DNA of 64,000 nt from IMG/VR virus record IMGVR_UViG_3300028048_001452. One strand, written 5' to 3'. The notes beneath the pieces are model-generated. The model was given only the letters and a program-made list of their open reading frames with translations. It made no database searches and was not told where the DNA came from. Positions within the stretch are counted from its first letter, which is position 1. Every line of letters starts with the position of its first letter. Positions 9,301 through 18,680 of the stretch are shown here, piece by piece. The stretch comes from a virus (Duplodnaviria; Caudoviricetes). A program made the position numbers and the translations under genes.

Positions 9301-12197
9301 TATCTGAAGCTCAAAAGAAATTAGGATGGGCAATTAATGAATATTTGTCTGGTCCACTTGCTAAATTCCGTGAAGGTTTTGCAAAAATATTAAATACTTT
9401 AGTAACTACTGTTGGCGAATTGATGAAAGCCATTACTGATTTTATGGGTAAACATAAAGTTGGTGAAACTGTTTCTGATGCAGTAGATACTATGAGTAAT
9501 CATAAAGTGGCGACAGGATTAGGTATATTGGGTGGTGCAACTGCCGCAGGAGCAGGTGTATATGGATTAAAGGCTTTAGGACAAAAAGCGTTAAAATCTT
9601 CTCCCTCTGTTGTTAAAAATATAGCTAAAGCAGGAAGCCATTTAGGTGGAAAAGGTGCTATTATATCAGGCGGTATGGCTTTGGTTGCTGGTGCTGCATT
9701 AGTTGGCGGTGCAGGATTAAGTGCGCTTGTGTCTATGTTCACAACAGGTGAAGCTAAAGTTCAAACAAATAATAATGCAGAACAAGATTTATCTGATGTT
9801 CAAACAATAGTTGATAACTTACAAAATTCAACAGGTTATTCTCCTGATAGTGATGGAGCACTACAACCAAGTGAAAGTAATACATATGCAAAAGAACATA
9901 CAGGTGATGAAAATAGCTATTATTATGGTACAGGATGGTCTGAAGATTATAGTCAAATTGACCCTAATTTAATAGATAAAAAAGGAAATTATAATGAAAG
10001 TTTAAGTAACGCTGAATTTATTAATCAGTCTATAGCAGAACGATATGGTGATGAAATAGAGAATTATAAAATAGCAAATCCAAATGATGTTTATGTAGAT
10101 GCAAATACAGGTGAAGCTACAGAAGATTGGGAACAACGTGAAAAAAATCTTGACAAAACAACATTAATTAATAATGCAGGATTAATCGCAGGTGGAACGA
10201 TTGCAGTTCCTGGTGCAGCTGCATTGGCAGTTGCTAAAAAATATAATTTGATTAATAAAGATAGATGGGATGCATTAAATAATGTTGCAAAAAAAGGCAA
10301 ATGGTGGTCAAGATTTGCCAAATTAGGTAAATTTGGCGGTCCTCTTGGAGCTGGGATTACTCTTGCAGACGAAATAATTAACGAATTTAGTGACGAAAAT
10401 AGCGATAACTATAGTATGGGACAACACGTAGCAAGAGTTGCTTTTAGAGGTGGCGGTGCAATTGCAGGTGGTCTAGCAGGTGCAAAATTAGGAGCTTTAG
10501 CAGGTTCTTTGGTTGGCCCAGCTGGTACTATTGTTGGAGGATTTTTAGGTGGTACGGCAGGTGCTCTAATTGGTGGATTTGCAGGAGAAGGATTACAAAA
10601 TTCATCTGTTGGTGATGCATTAGGAATTTCAGATAAATCTGCCATTAAAACTGCCCATGATTCTTATGCTGCAAAAGTAAAACAATCAGCTAGTTTATAT
10701 GGTGATGCAACAAAGAGCATAGTTTCATCTAATGATAATAGACAAAAAGCAGCTGCGCGTGCTCTTTCTGAACATGGAATTAAATTGGAAGATTTAACAA
10801 ATGACCAAGAACAATACATTAATAATGTATATAATGATTTAAAGTCTCGTGGATTGGCAGATGAAGTTGCTGCGTTTGTTGCAGGATTAGCTGCAGGTAC
10901 AGTAGCAGATAAGCAAAAAAATGATGCAGAATATGCTTTTAATAATGATGAAATATCAAAAGGCAAAGGAATGAAAAAAACGGCAGAGGTTGCAGCTAAT
11001 GAGTGGATGACAGATGAACAAAAAGAACAAGGATTTGAAAGTTTAGACCCAAATGAATTATCAGGGCATGATACAACTTGGTCTTTGAAACTCGGAGGTA
11101 TGTATTTAGAAGATGGTGGGAAAGATAATAATCTTTCTATAGAAGAAAAGAAACAACGCTTAAGTTTGTTAGGTCAAATTATGGGTGGAACGAATGCTGG
11201 TTCTGGTGAAGATAAAATTGCAAATGCTATTATGAATGATAGCGATTGGACAGATATAGCCGGTCATTTAGTTTCAGGTCCATTTAGAAACGGAGATAGA
11301 GCAACAATAGCTAATATATTCCAAGATTCTAATTTAGAAAATTTTAGTGATGAAGATATTAATAAAGCATATAATATGGCTTATAATGAAGTTGCTTATG
11401 TTTCGTCTACACAAAATGAAGATGCCATAAAGAAAAATATGGAAAGCATTGTCTCTACTACGCCTAATCCTAAAGATGTTGGAGACAAAATGCAACTCAA
11501 CAAGCCAAATCCTCCTGATAATCCACATCAAGATACGCAACAAACAACGTCACAAAATAAAGACCAAACATTAGAAAGTACATATGCAGATGCAGAAAAA
11601 AATATTATGAATATGCAGAAACAAATTGGTGAATTGGCAGGATTAAAAGACAAAGAATTGTTAAATGATAGAGTTGCTACAGGTCAATTGATTTTGGATG
11701 GTTCTACTGCTTTATCTTCAAATGGACGTATGTTATCTTTACGTGGATTAAGAGATAGGTTTAGAGCATTTTCAGGTGTTCATGATAAAGATTTATTTGG
11801 TGTTAGTTTAAAAAATGGTGCTTATAGTGGTGATGGCAAATATTTGACAAATTCAGGTCCATCTGATATTGGTAAAAAAATGGATAAAGAACAAAAAGTA
11901 GATTTTAAAGCTATTAAAGCTAGTTCTAGGTATCGTATGAGTACAGAGGGATATGATGGAGCACTTCAAAAAATGGCAGAACAGTATAAATCAGACCACG
12001 AGCAACAAGAAAAAACCTATGCAGAAAATAGAAAACGTCAAGAAGAATTAAATAAAGAAAAACAACAAATGGAAATGGCAAGTATAAATATTAATAATAT
12101 TGTTAATAATTACTTTAAAAATGTTCCTAAACCGCAAGCTAATAATACTGCTTCAGAAGAAGAACGTAATCAAGCACAGGCATTAAAAGAAGCATAA
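6375..12197 (+). CDS. Tape-measure-like protein 1 (1940 aa)
   Basis: Coiled-coil N-terminus, conserved core shared with paralogs 2 and 3, Gly/Ala-rich hydrophobic zipper segments; sits after the chaperone. Confidence 0.75.
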   Translation: MDKNDTTFGKFDTSNNTQPISETSSTISVGSTGSRINMNDNFNIISNATDGLRDTISSINNNHFHIEGFNEILSKLKDVDQKIEGLKNSQDTTNSNDIIQQMESAINNINTIKNEIITSVSKQVQEIVQTNKIQNTEDYDNIIQSVANSVSETTNKLSQLQNTLQETKQSVLDSTQQQIKETNDVAQVHTQAMNQATQDIKQTADSANTLSDAESRLFEEVQTTLANIEQGTGATSQLLDSVDELSKTAVESIDNQLIQSLQQFKNDVKNDISSDNFSENTLNNLRGLVGNAKSVMSAISSSLKANEDGSNLSHIRATQELNIKVANNVNNTLNQFASILEQQGNANSGIADIVKAIRQQLTAFNNDFKENNQSLISATNSAIQNAKNAFVTAQQNAIKPGTDEYNSVSNAMATQSLASISFNDLTTGANDALINLEYSQGKNNPWYQYVTTGNLLGNKTSLARGMENTQREGFLASSRYSDLVNNVMSGNWNNKQKAQGIAELAKVNVSMGQSVLDTAKGMNLHTGGGKNLNAEDKKVFEAFTKQVDNALGNLTKTINAIEDLDPENKSLKKLREEQKALLKLKQNADDAKESSSALSNIFSDIASGVSKLKNLLAGGLSMLGLGALLSPMVMLNKAIGYETQEGQRRYAVAMNDFSMGANLNQGRINYIARDKDFEYWKNTNGMIKEGEFLNHYKTLTQTVGGHYNTDPNANMEDMAQLTDNSFAWGKVFNVDAGTIGTFFKNTYKDLGMSASEATQAMVNVGQAATSAGIPVKAYMTMINNLSSNLINHGVSARQVMSSMNALINHSHLRPEDASSMITEMAGANEKMATDMNSSAFFGMMAGQGGSPFDLIVQGYKPYKANGRVDENYYPMMAQRVMAEANLMGGIGGDNALGGIMYIDTLMKRGFSQKNASMLQDAVSKGDMSLVQDILKKADEEKDGGKQAYTEAILDAKEKLKTAGDQVSIFQKLETDLSEAQKKLGWAINEYLSGPLAKFREGFAKILNTLVTTVGELMKAITDFMGKHKVGETVSDAVDTMSNHKVATGLGILGGATAAGAGVYGLKALGQKALKSSPSVVKNIAKAGSHLGGKGAIISGGMALVAGAALVGGAGLSALVSMFTTGEAKVQTNNNAEQDLSDVQTIVDNLQNSTGYSPDSDGALQPSESNTYAKEHTGDENSYYYGTGWSEDYSQIDPNLIDKKGNYNESLSNAEFINQSIAERYGDEIENYKIANPNDVYVDANTGEATEDWEQREKNLDKTTLINNAGLIAGGTIAVPGAAALAVAKKYNLINKDRWDALNNVAKKGKWWSRFAKLGKFGGPLGAGITLADEIINEFSDENSDNYSMGQHVARVAFRGGGAIAGGLAGAKLGALAGSLVGPAGTIVGGFLGGTAGALIGGFAGEGLQNSSVGDALGISDKSAIKTAHDSYAAKVKQSASLYGDATKSIVSSNDNRQKAAARALSEHGIKLEDLTNDQEQYINNVYNDLKSRGLADEVAAFVAGLAAGTVADKQKNDAEYAFNNDEISKGKGMKKTAEVAANEWMTDEQKEQGFESLDPNELSGHDTTWSLKLGGMYLEDGGKDNNLSIEEKKQRLSLLGQIMGGTNAGSGEDKIANAIMNDSDWTDIAGHLVSGPFRNGDRATIANIFQDSNLENFSDEDINKAYNMAYNEVAYVSSTQNEDAIKKNMESIVSTTPNPKDVGDKMQLNKPNPPDNPHQDTQQTTSQNKDQTLESTYADAEKNIMNMQKQIGELAGLKDKELLNDRVATGQLILDGSTALSSNGRMLSLRGLRDRFRAFSGVHDKDLFGVSLKNGAYSGDGKYLTNSGPSDIGKKMDKEQKVDFKAIKASSRYRMSTEGYDGALQKMAEQYKSDHEQQEKTYAENRKRQEELNKEKQQMEMASININNIVNNYFKNVPKPQANNTASEEERNQAQALKEA

Positions 12198-12212
12198 AAA
12201 GAGGGTTGTAAG

Positions 12213-15200
12213 ATGGCTATTGTAAAAGCAAGCAAAGTCCAAAGAGATATAAACGATAAAATTTTAGTAACTTCTGCTGGATTAAAAGAAGTACAAAATC
12301 AAAAAATTGTAAAAGTTAAAGAATTAATAAAAGAATTTGATAAAACACAAGATGCTTTGAAAAAAGAAGAAATAGAAGCACTTATACATCAAATAGATGT
12401 TTTAGGTCAGGTAATTGCATACTATAACAATTTAAATGATATAAATAAAAATGGATACATTACTCATAATATAAAAAAACAAAATGATTTTGTGAATGAT
12501 TTGACAAAAGCCATACAATTAATTGAAAATGCAAATGGAGCAGGGAGTATAAATTCATTAAAAAAAGATTTAAATAGAGTATTATTATCTAGTGGTGAAA
12601 ACAAGTATATATTTAAAGGAATAACAAGATTATCTGAAAGAATTAAAAATTATGCAGATAATATAAAAAAAGAACAATTACAAGCACAAATTTCTTATTT
12701 GCCAAATACAAGTGATATTGGTATTTTATCTGCACTTACTACTAATCAATTAGAACAATTTTATAAAGTTCGTACTTCTAATGATTTAAATACACAAGAT
12801 TCTGTTAATTTGATGGATACAATTAAAGAAAAATACGTAGACTTAATTCGTTTACAATTAGATAGAATCCATCATATTCAAAATAAGATACAGGACGAAA
12901 AGGGTAAGACAGAAGTAGAAATATTACAAAATCTTGCGAATAAATTATTTCCGAAATCAGATGAAAAAGAACAACAAAAAATTTTAATAGATGATTTAGA
13001 TGATTTTAAAAAAAGAATAGCTAGTGCAGTTGAAGATTTAAATACAAAGTTTGACAAGGATTTAGAAAATGATAGTAATGATAATTCATCAAATTTTAAA
13101 AAATATAAAGACGCTATTACAAAAATAAATGATTTTTTTGTAAAATTTGATGAAGAAACAAAAGGAAGTAAAAAGAAAAGAGATATTGTTCAACAAGAAT
13201 ATGAACAATTGTTAGGCAGTTATAAAGAAAGCATAATAACAGTACTTGCTAATAAAGATTTGATGGAAGATATATCTAAATTATCTTCTGAAGGTAGGAT
13301 TATTAATTTTGTTAAAACTTTTACTAATGGTAGTTTAAACAATGTTTCTTCACCTGAATATCAATATGCGCATTCTTTAGTAAAACAACAAAGAATGAAA
13401 ACAGTATCTAAATTATCTTTTAGTAATCAAAATTTGGATAATGTCTCTTCTTTTTTAAAAATTAATTCAAATAATAATCATTTATATAATGGTGGTAGTA
13501 TAAGTTTCGCTAATGATGTAGATAATGTTCGTAGAACTAATACAATGTTCAATCTACAAATGAAAAGTTTTTTTAAAAATAACAAAATCACTACAAACGA
13601 AAACTATAGTAATGATTTATTAATACCAATTACAAGTGGAGCTTTAGAAGTTACATCTGTGAATAGAAATATGTTGTCAAAAGTTAATAAAAATAGCTTA
13701 TCATATTTGCTATTTACAAATGATAAAGAAAAAGCTAATTTACAACAAATTTCTTTTTCTGTAAGTCAAACAATAATGCAGTTAAACAAATTGTTATTTG
13801 CTTTTTACGATTTAGACAAAAAACCAAATGAATATTATCAGTTAAAAGAAGAAAAAGAAGCATTAGAATATGAATTGAAACAAATTAATGAATTACAACA
13901 ATCATTAGAAGGTATGAAACAGGCATTACATTATGTAAAAATGTTTAAAGACAAAATGATGAATATATTATCAGGCGGTTTAACATTTTTAGGTATAGGT
14001 GCTATTTTGCATCCAATGCAAATGTTAATGGGTGTTGTAAACAGGTCAAAAGAAAATGGTCAACTTAGATATAATATTGCTTTGACTGATACCGCTTTTG
14101 GTATAACTCCTAGTCAGTCAAATATAGATGATTTAAGTTATTATGCACCATCAAACTATTTTAATGCTACGTATGGACAAATTGGATATGGTACAGTTGG
14201 AGAAATATATCGTGGATTACAGTCCACTGTTGGTGGACAAAAAGGCAATAGTCCTGAAGAAAATCGTAGAGATACTGCATGGTTATCTAAAAATTTAGTT
14301 CCTGATAAAGAAATGTTTGGCGATATTGGTGGAATGGAACAGTTTTTAAAAACGTTTTATCGTGATATGGGCAATTCTGCTAATGAAGCATTAACTAAAT
14401 TAAGAACTGTTGAAAGATTTGCACAAACGCAAGGTATACCTGTTTCTCAATTGGTATCAATATTTAATAGTACAAATGAAGCTATGCGTTCAGTAGGTGT
14501 TAACGCTGATAAATATTTGGATGCTATGACTTCTCTTGTTGGAGTAAATGGTATGCGCGTAGAAGATGCTAATGCCTTAGTTACATCTACTGCAAATAAC
14601 GCAAAAACTTTTTCTAATGATTGGGCAAGAAATATTTTTTGGGGATTATGGAATAATCCAAAACAATCAACATTTGACACTTTGTTATCAGGTGTAAAGT
14701 CGCATGATATGCACGGAAATCCAATAGATTCGTATTATGATAATTTAGTTGACCGTATGTTTTCTGAACAAAATTATTTTGGTTCTCGTTGGGGCGGTTT
14801 AGGAACTGCATTAGGTCAAACAGATGCTTTTAGTCATATATTAGACCAAGGATATACAATTAAACAAGCACAAGAAATTATGCAAATGAAGGAACAAGGT
14901 CGTGATGAAGAACTAAAAGCAAAATTAAAAGGTTGGGATAAGTTAAAAAATGACCCATTGGCTTTACCACACACAACACAAGATTATACAAAACAATTAA
15001 GTCAAGCAGGAGAACAATTAAGTGAATTTACAAAAATTCAAGCTACATATATTAAATTTTTGAACGATTTGTCATTTAAATTTGATAAAATATTATCGCC
15101 TGAATTAACAAAAGGATTAAAAGCAATAGAAAAAATAATAGCTATGTTTACAAATGCTATGGCTGAATTAATTCGTCAAATTGGAGGAATTTTAAATTCA

Positions 15201-18071
15201 CCTTTAGGTAAAATGTATACCAATGCGTTTAATAATAGTCCATTATTAACAATTGCAGGTACAATTGTTGGGTTAGGTGCTCTTAGATTTGGTGCAGGAA
15301 AAGTACTCAAAGGTGGATTTGGTGCATTTAAAAATGTTTTATCAGGTAAGTCATCAGGTATTTCAACAGGTAAAGCTATTGCTACTGCAACGGCGGTAAC
15401 TGCCGGTGTTGGATTAGGAGCATGGAATCAATACGAAGGATTACAAGAACAAGCACAAAAAATGGGAAATAAAGACCAAAAAGGTCAATTAATTGAAATG
15501 TTCCAAAATGGTACTGCAAAAGCTACATTAATAATTGGACCAGGTACACAGGATAAAAAAGATTATACTTTGATTAAATATGCGCTTGCATTAGCATTAG
15601 CAGGTGCTAGTGTAGCAACGATAGCTAGTATATTAGGTAAAATTTCAACAAAAGGTAAAATAAAACATCAAGGAATTTTAAGAAGAATAAAACATTTGTC
15701 TAGTGGTTTAAATAAACAAGTAAAAGATGGTAAAATACCTGAAAAAAGTGAACGATATAAAAAATTAGAAGAACAAAAGAAAAAAATAGAAGCAGAAGGT
15801 AAAAAATTAAAAAGAAAAAAATGGCAACAATATCAAAGAGAGAAAAGATTATACGAACAACAAGTAAAACAAGCAAAAAAAATAGAAGCAAAAAACAAAG
15901 CTATAATGGAAAAAGCTAAACGATTAGAGCAAATGAGAATTAATCGAAGAAAACAATTATATAATTCTATGAAATGGGCAAAGAGATTAAAATATGCTAA
16001 AAAAGGTGGTTTACTAGCTTTAGGTGGAGCATTTTTAACTAGTTTATTTGATAAAGATGTTCAAGATAATAGACCAATAGGAGATTTTGTTTCTGGTTTA
16101 GCAGGTGGATTTATTGGATATGCTTTAGGTGGTTCAAAAGGAGCTGCATTAGGCGCAGGAATTGGTGCAGGTGCTATGGAATTGTTGCGTACAAATGATG
16201 TAAAAGCACAAAATGCATTAAATAATTATGACAAACAAACTACACAAGATAGCTTGGCAGGGTTAGTTCGTGAAGAACCAACACAACAACAAACACAAGA
16301 CCAGCAAAAACAAGCTAGTCAACAAGATAAAACATCTAAAAAACAATCTGCTCAATACAATGCTTATGTTAAAGCCTATCAACAAGAAACAGAAGCATAC
16401 AATAAATCAAAAGAAATGGAAATTCAAAATCTTTCTGCGAATAAAACTTCTTTTACAATTAATGAATCGAATGAAACATATACAAAAGCAAGAGATGCGG
16501 TTTTAGAAAAACATGGCATTAATTGGTCAAAAGTAGCAGACCATGAAAAGCGAATTTGGCAGAATAGTTATGAAAGCTTCTTGCAAATTTTTAGAGATAA
16601 TAAAAAGGCGTTAGAAATGGCTGCGCAAGCACTTATTAAAATTCAATCTATGGCAGGTGGTGGAACAGGCAGTATTTATACAAATGCTTCTGCTATTGAA
16701 TATGGTAATGCTTGTTATGCCAATGCCCCTGCTGACGTAAAATCATGGATTGATGAAGCAAGTGCAAAGTGGAATGTACCAAAATGGTTAATAGCAGGTG
16801 TATTACAGATTGAATCTGGAATGAACAAAAATCCTGCTCATAGTACTGCTGGAGCAGTTGGTATAGCACAATTTATGCCTAGTACTGCTGCTGGATTTGG
16901 TTTTGACCCAAATGACCCTCATGCGTCTGTATTAGGTGCTGCGCATTATTTAAGGAATCTTCTTGATAAATATGGAGGTTCTACTTTTAAAGCAGTATTG
17001 GCATATAATAGAGGATATTATGGTGATGATTGGAGAGATTTACCTGACCAAGTTGATTATGCTAGAAAATTTCATATGATTGATAGCAATAATAATCCGG
17101 TTCCTGAAACAGAACAAACGGCAGGGTATGTACCTATATCTGCTAATATTAGTCCGAGTTCATATTCTAATAGTGGTGGTATATATAGTGGGGATTTAGG
17201 TGTTGATTTTTCTCATTTAAGATGGAGTGGATTCGTAGCAGATAAAGGATGGGACCATAGTTATGATGCACATGCAAATTCTGCACAATATATTGCCATG
17301 GATATTGGTAGATTAACTCCAAAAGCGAAACAAAGACTAAATTTGTTTACCCAATTATATGCAAAATATAGTGGTGGTGGCACATTAGAATGGAACGTAG
17401 CTACATTAGGGCATGACCCTGGTACGCCACATAGTACAGGAAGAAAAATAGATATGGAATTGGGCGGAGTAGATGTAGGTGCTATAATAAGAGCTGGTAA
17501 TGAAGCCCATGTTGGTGTAGTTAATGAAGCTGGAACTCATTTTGATATATTGTTAGAAGGAACAGGAGGTTACGAAGGAACACTTTTAACACAACAGTTT
17601 TCTTGGGATGATGCAAATTCTAATGGTAGTTCAGGAGCAAATCCAAAATTAAATCTTAATTTGAATTTTGAAGATATAAAACCGAAAACATTAAAAGAAC
17701 AATGGGATGAAAATTTAAGAAAATATAAGGTGGCGGTAGGAAACGGTAAAGAAGTTCAAGGTAGAATTATTAATGGTTTATATGTTGACCCTAATCAGAA
17801 ATTTCAATCTATTGAAGAAATAGGTAAAGAAATTAGAGAAAAAAATATTAAACAATGGGGAAAATTATCAGATGATATAGATACCGTAGAACAATCGAAA
17901 CAATTTCAAGGATTAAAAAACCAAGAATCTATAGACCATGAAAAAATTCAAATGCGTTTTGATAAGAAACAAATGCGTTCGGATAAAATAATTGCTTTTA
18001 CTACAGAAGTTAAAAACACCATTCAAGATTTTTATGAACCATCTAGCTTAAAAATTTCATTTAATGGTTAA
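12213..18071 (+). CDS. Tape-measure-like protein 2 (1952 aa) with SLT lytic transglycosylase and M15/LAS-type peptidase domains
   Basis: IAGVLQIESG..AGAVGIAQFMPSTA..LAYN (SLT, ~16730-17060); HSTGRKID..HFD (Zn LAS-like, ~17320-17550). Confidence 0.8.
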   Translation: MAIVKASKVQRDINDKILVTSAGLKEVQNQKIVKVKELIKEFDKTQDALKKEEIEALIHQIDVLGQVIAYYNNLNDINKNGYITHNIKKQNDFVNDLTKAIQLIENANGAGSINSLKKDLNRVLLSSGENKYIFKGITRLSERIKNYADNIKKEQLQAQISYLPNTSDIGILSALTTNQLEQFYKVRTSNDLNTQDSVNLMDTIKEKYVDLIRLQLDRIHHIQNKIQDEKGKTEVEILQNLANKLFPKSDEKEQQKILIDDLDDFKKRIASAVEDLNTKFDKDLENDSNDNSSNFKKYKDAITKINDFFVKFDEETKGSKKKRDIVQQEYEQLLGSYKESIITVLANKDLMEDISKLSSEGRIINFVKTFTNGSLNNVSSPEYQYAHSLVKQQRMKTVSKLSFSNQNLDNVSSFLKINSNNNHLYNGGSISFANDVDNVRRTNTMFNLQMKSFFKNNKITTNENYSNDLLIPITSGALEVTSVNRNMLSKVNKNSLSYLLFTNDKEKANLQQISFSVSQTIMQLNKLLFAFYDLDKKPNEYYQLKEEKEALEYELKQINELQQSLEGMKQALHYVKMFKDKMMNILSGGLTFLGIGAILHPMQMLMGVVNRSKENGQLRYNIALTDTAFGITPSQSNIDDLSYYAPSNYFNATYGQIGYGTVGEIYRGLQSTVGGQKGNSPEENRRDTAWLSKNLVPDKEMFGDIGGMEQFLKTFYRDMGNSANEALTKLRTVERFAQTQGIPVSQLVSIFNSTNEAMRSVGVNADKYLDAMTSLVGVNGMRVEDANALVTSTANNAKTFSNDWARNIFWGLWNNPKQSTFDTLLSGVKSHDMHGNPIDSYYDNLVDRMFSEQNYFGSRWGGLGTALGQTDAFSHILDQGYTIKQAQEIMQMKEQGRDEELKAKLKGWDKLKNDPLALPHTTQDYTKQLSQAGEQLSEFTKIQATYIKFLNDLSFKFDKILSPELTKGLKAIEKIIAMFTNAMAELIRQIGGILNSPLGKMYTNAFNNSPLLTIAGTIVGLGALRFGAGKVLKGGFGAFKNVLSGKSSGISTGKAIATATAVTAGVGLGAWNQYEGLQEQAQKMGNKDQKGQLIEMFQNGTAKATLIIGPGTQDKKDYTLIKYALALALAGASVATIASILGKISTKGKIKHQGILRRIKHLSSGLNKQVKDGKIPEKSERYKKLEEQKKKIEAEGKKLKRKKWQQYQREKRLYEQQVKQAKKIEAKNKAIMEKAKRLEQMRINRRKQLYNSMKWAKRLKYAKKGGLLALGGAFLTSLFDKDVQDNRPIGDFVSGLAGGFIGYALGGSKGAALGAGIGAGAMELLRTNDVKAQNALNNYDKQTTQDSLAGLVREEPTQQQTQDQQKQASQQDKTSKKQSAQYNAYVKAYQQETEAYNKSKEMEIQNLSANKTSFTINESNETYTKARDAVLEKHGINWSKVADHEKRIWQNSYESFLQIFRDNKKALEMAAQALIKIQSMAGGGTGSIYTNASAIEYGNACYANAPADVKSWIDEASAKWNVPKWLIAGVLQIESGMNKNPAHSTAGAVGIAQFMPSTAAGFGFDPNDPHASVLGAAHYLRNLLDKYGGSTFKAVLAYNRGYYGDDWRDLPDQVDYARKFHMIDSNNNPVPETEQTAGYVPISANISPSSYSNSGGIYSGDLGVDFSHLRWSGFVADKGWDHSYDAHANSAQYIAMDIGRLTPKAKQRLNLFTQLYAKYSGGGTLEWNVATLGHDPGTPHSTGRKIDMELGGVDVGAIIRAGNEAHVGVVNEAGTHFDILLEGTGGYEGTLLTQQFSWDDANSNGSSGANPKLNLNLNFEDIKPKTLKEQWDENLRKYKVAVGNGKEVQGRIINGLYVDPNQKFQSIEEIGKEIREKNIKQWGKLSDDIDTVEQSKQFQGLKNQESIDHEKIQMRFDKKQMRSDKIIAFTTEVKNTIQDFYEPSSLKISFNG

Positions 18072-18112
18072 AATTAAAAATTATTTCATATAATAATATC
18101 AATAAAAATTTC

Positions 18113-18133
18113 TATATTTTTAATAGAAGATAA
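18113..18133 (+). promoter_or_regulatory. Candidate late-promoter motif
   Basis: TATATTTTTAATAGAAGATAA. Confidence 0.45.
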
Positions 18134-18170
18134 TTAAATTTTTCATATAGGAAGGATTTGACATAATATT

Positions 18171-18584
18171 ATGGCAACAAAGAATAAAAATGATAAGATT
18201 ATTTCTGAAATGCTTGCAGATTTGATTGACCCAAGTGAAGAAACAGAAATTGTAGAAAAGTATGGTAAGAAATGGGCTATGCGTCCAATTTCTTCACAGG
18301 AATATCTTGATGCATTGAAGGAAAGTCAAAGTTATAAGCAGGATGACCTTACACGTATGTTTGGTATGCAGATTAGTATTTTGAAACACGCACTTGTTTC
18401 TGTAAATGGATTAATTCTTACAGATGAACAGAAGAATAAAATCCTCAATGCTATTAGTCCTGCCGTTTTAACAACACTTTATAATGAATTTGAAGCAATT
18501 CGTCATAAGAGTGATGATGAAATTGCTAAAAAAGAAAATGAAGTTACAGAAGAAACGATAGGTAATACAACAATTGATGCATAA
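18171..18584 (+). CDS. Tail assembly chaperone, short (G-like) form
   Basis: Paralog of the N-terminal half of 5380-6351; lies between tape-measure genes. Confidence 0.6.
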   Translation: MATKNKNDKIISEMLADLIDPSEETEIVEKYGKKWAMRPISSQEYLDALKESQSYKQDDLTRMFGMQISILKHALVSVNGLILTDEQKNKILNAISPAVLTTLYNEFEAIRHKSDDEIAKKENEVTEETIGNTTIDA

Positions 18585-18606
18585 TTAAACAATCATTAAT
18601 AAAAGC

Positions 18607-18640
18607 GTGGTTCTGATTAAGATAGAACCACTTTTTTTTT
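18607..18640 (+). terminator. Intrinsic terminator
   Basis: GTGGTTCT...AGAACCAC hairpin plus T9. Confidence 0.8.
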
Positions 18641-18680
18641 GTATTTTTTTAATAGATACTATATGAAGTTGGTGAAAATT

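Noticed and set aside
18639-18680. TTG start for TMP3
   Set aside because: Lies in the terminator T-run; ATG 18681 has an RBS
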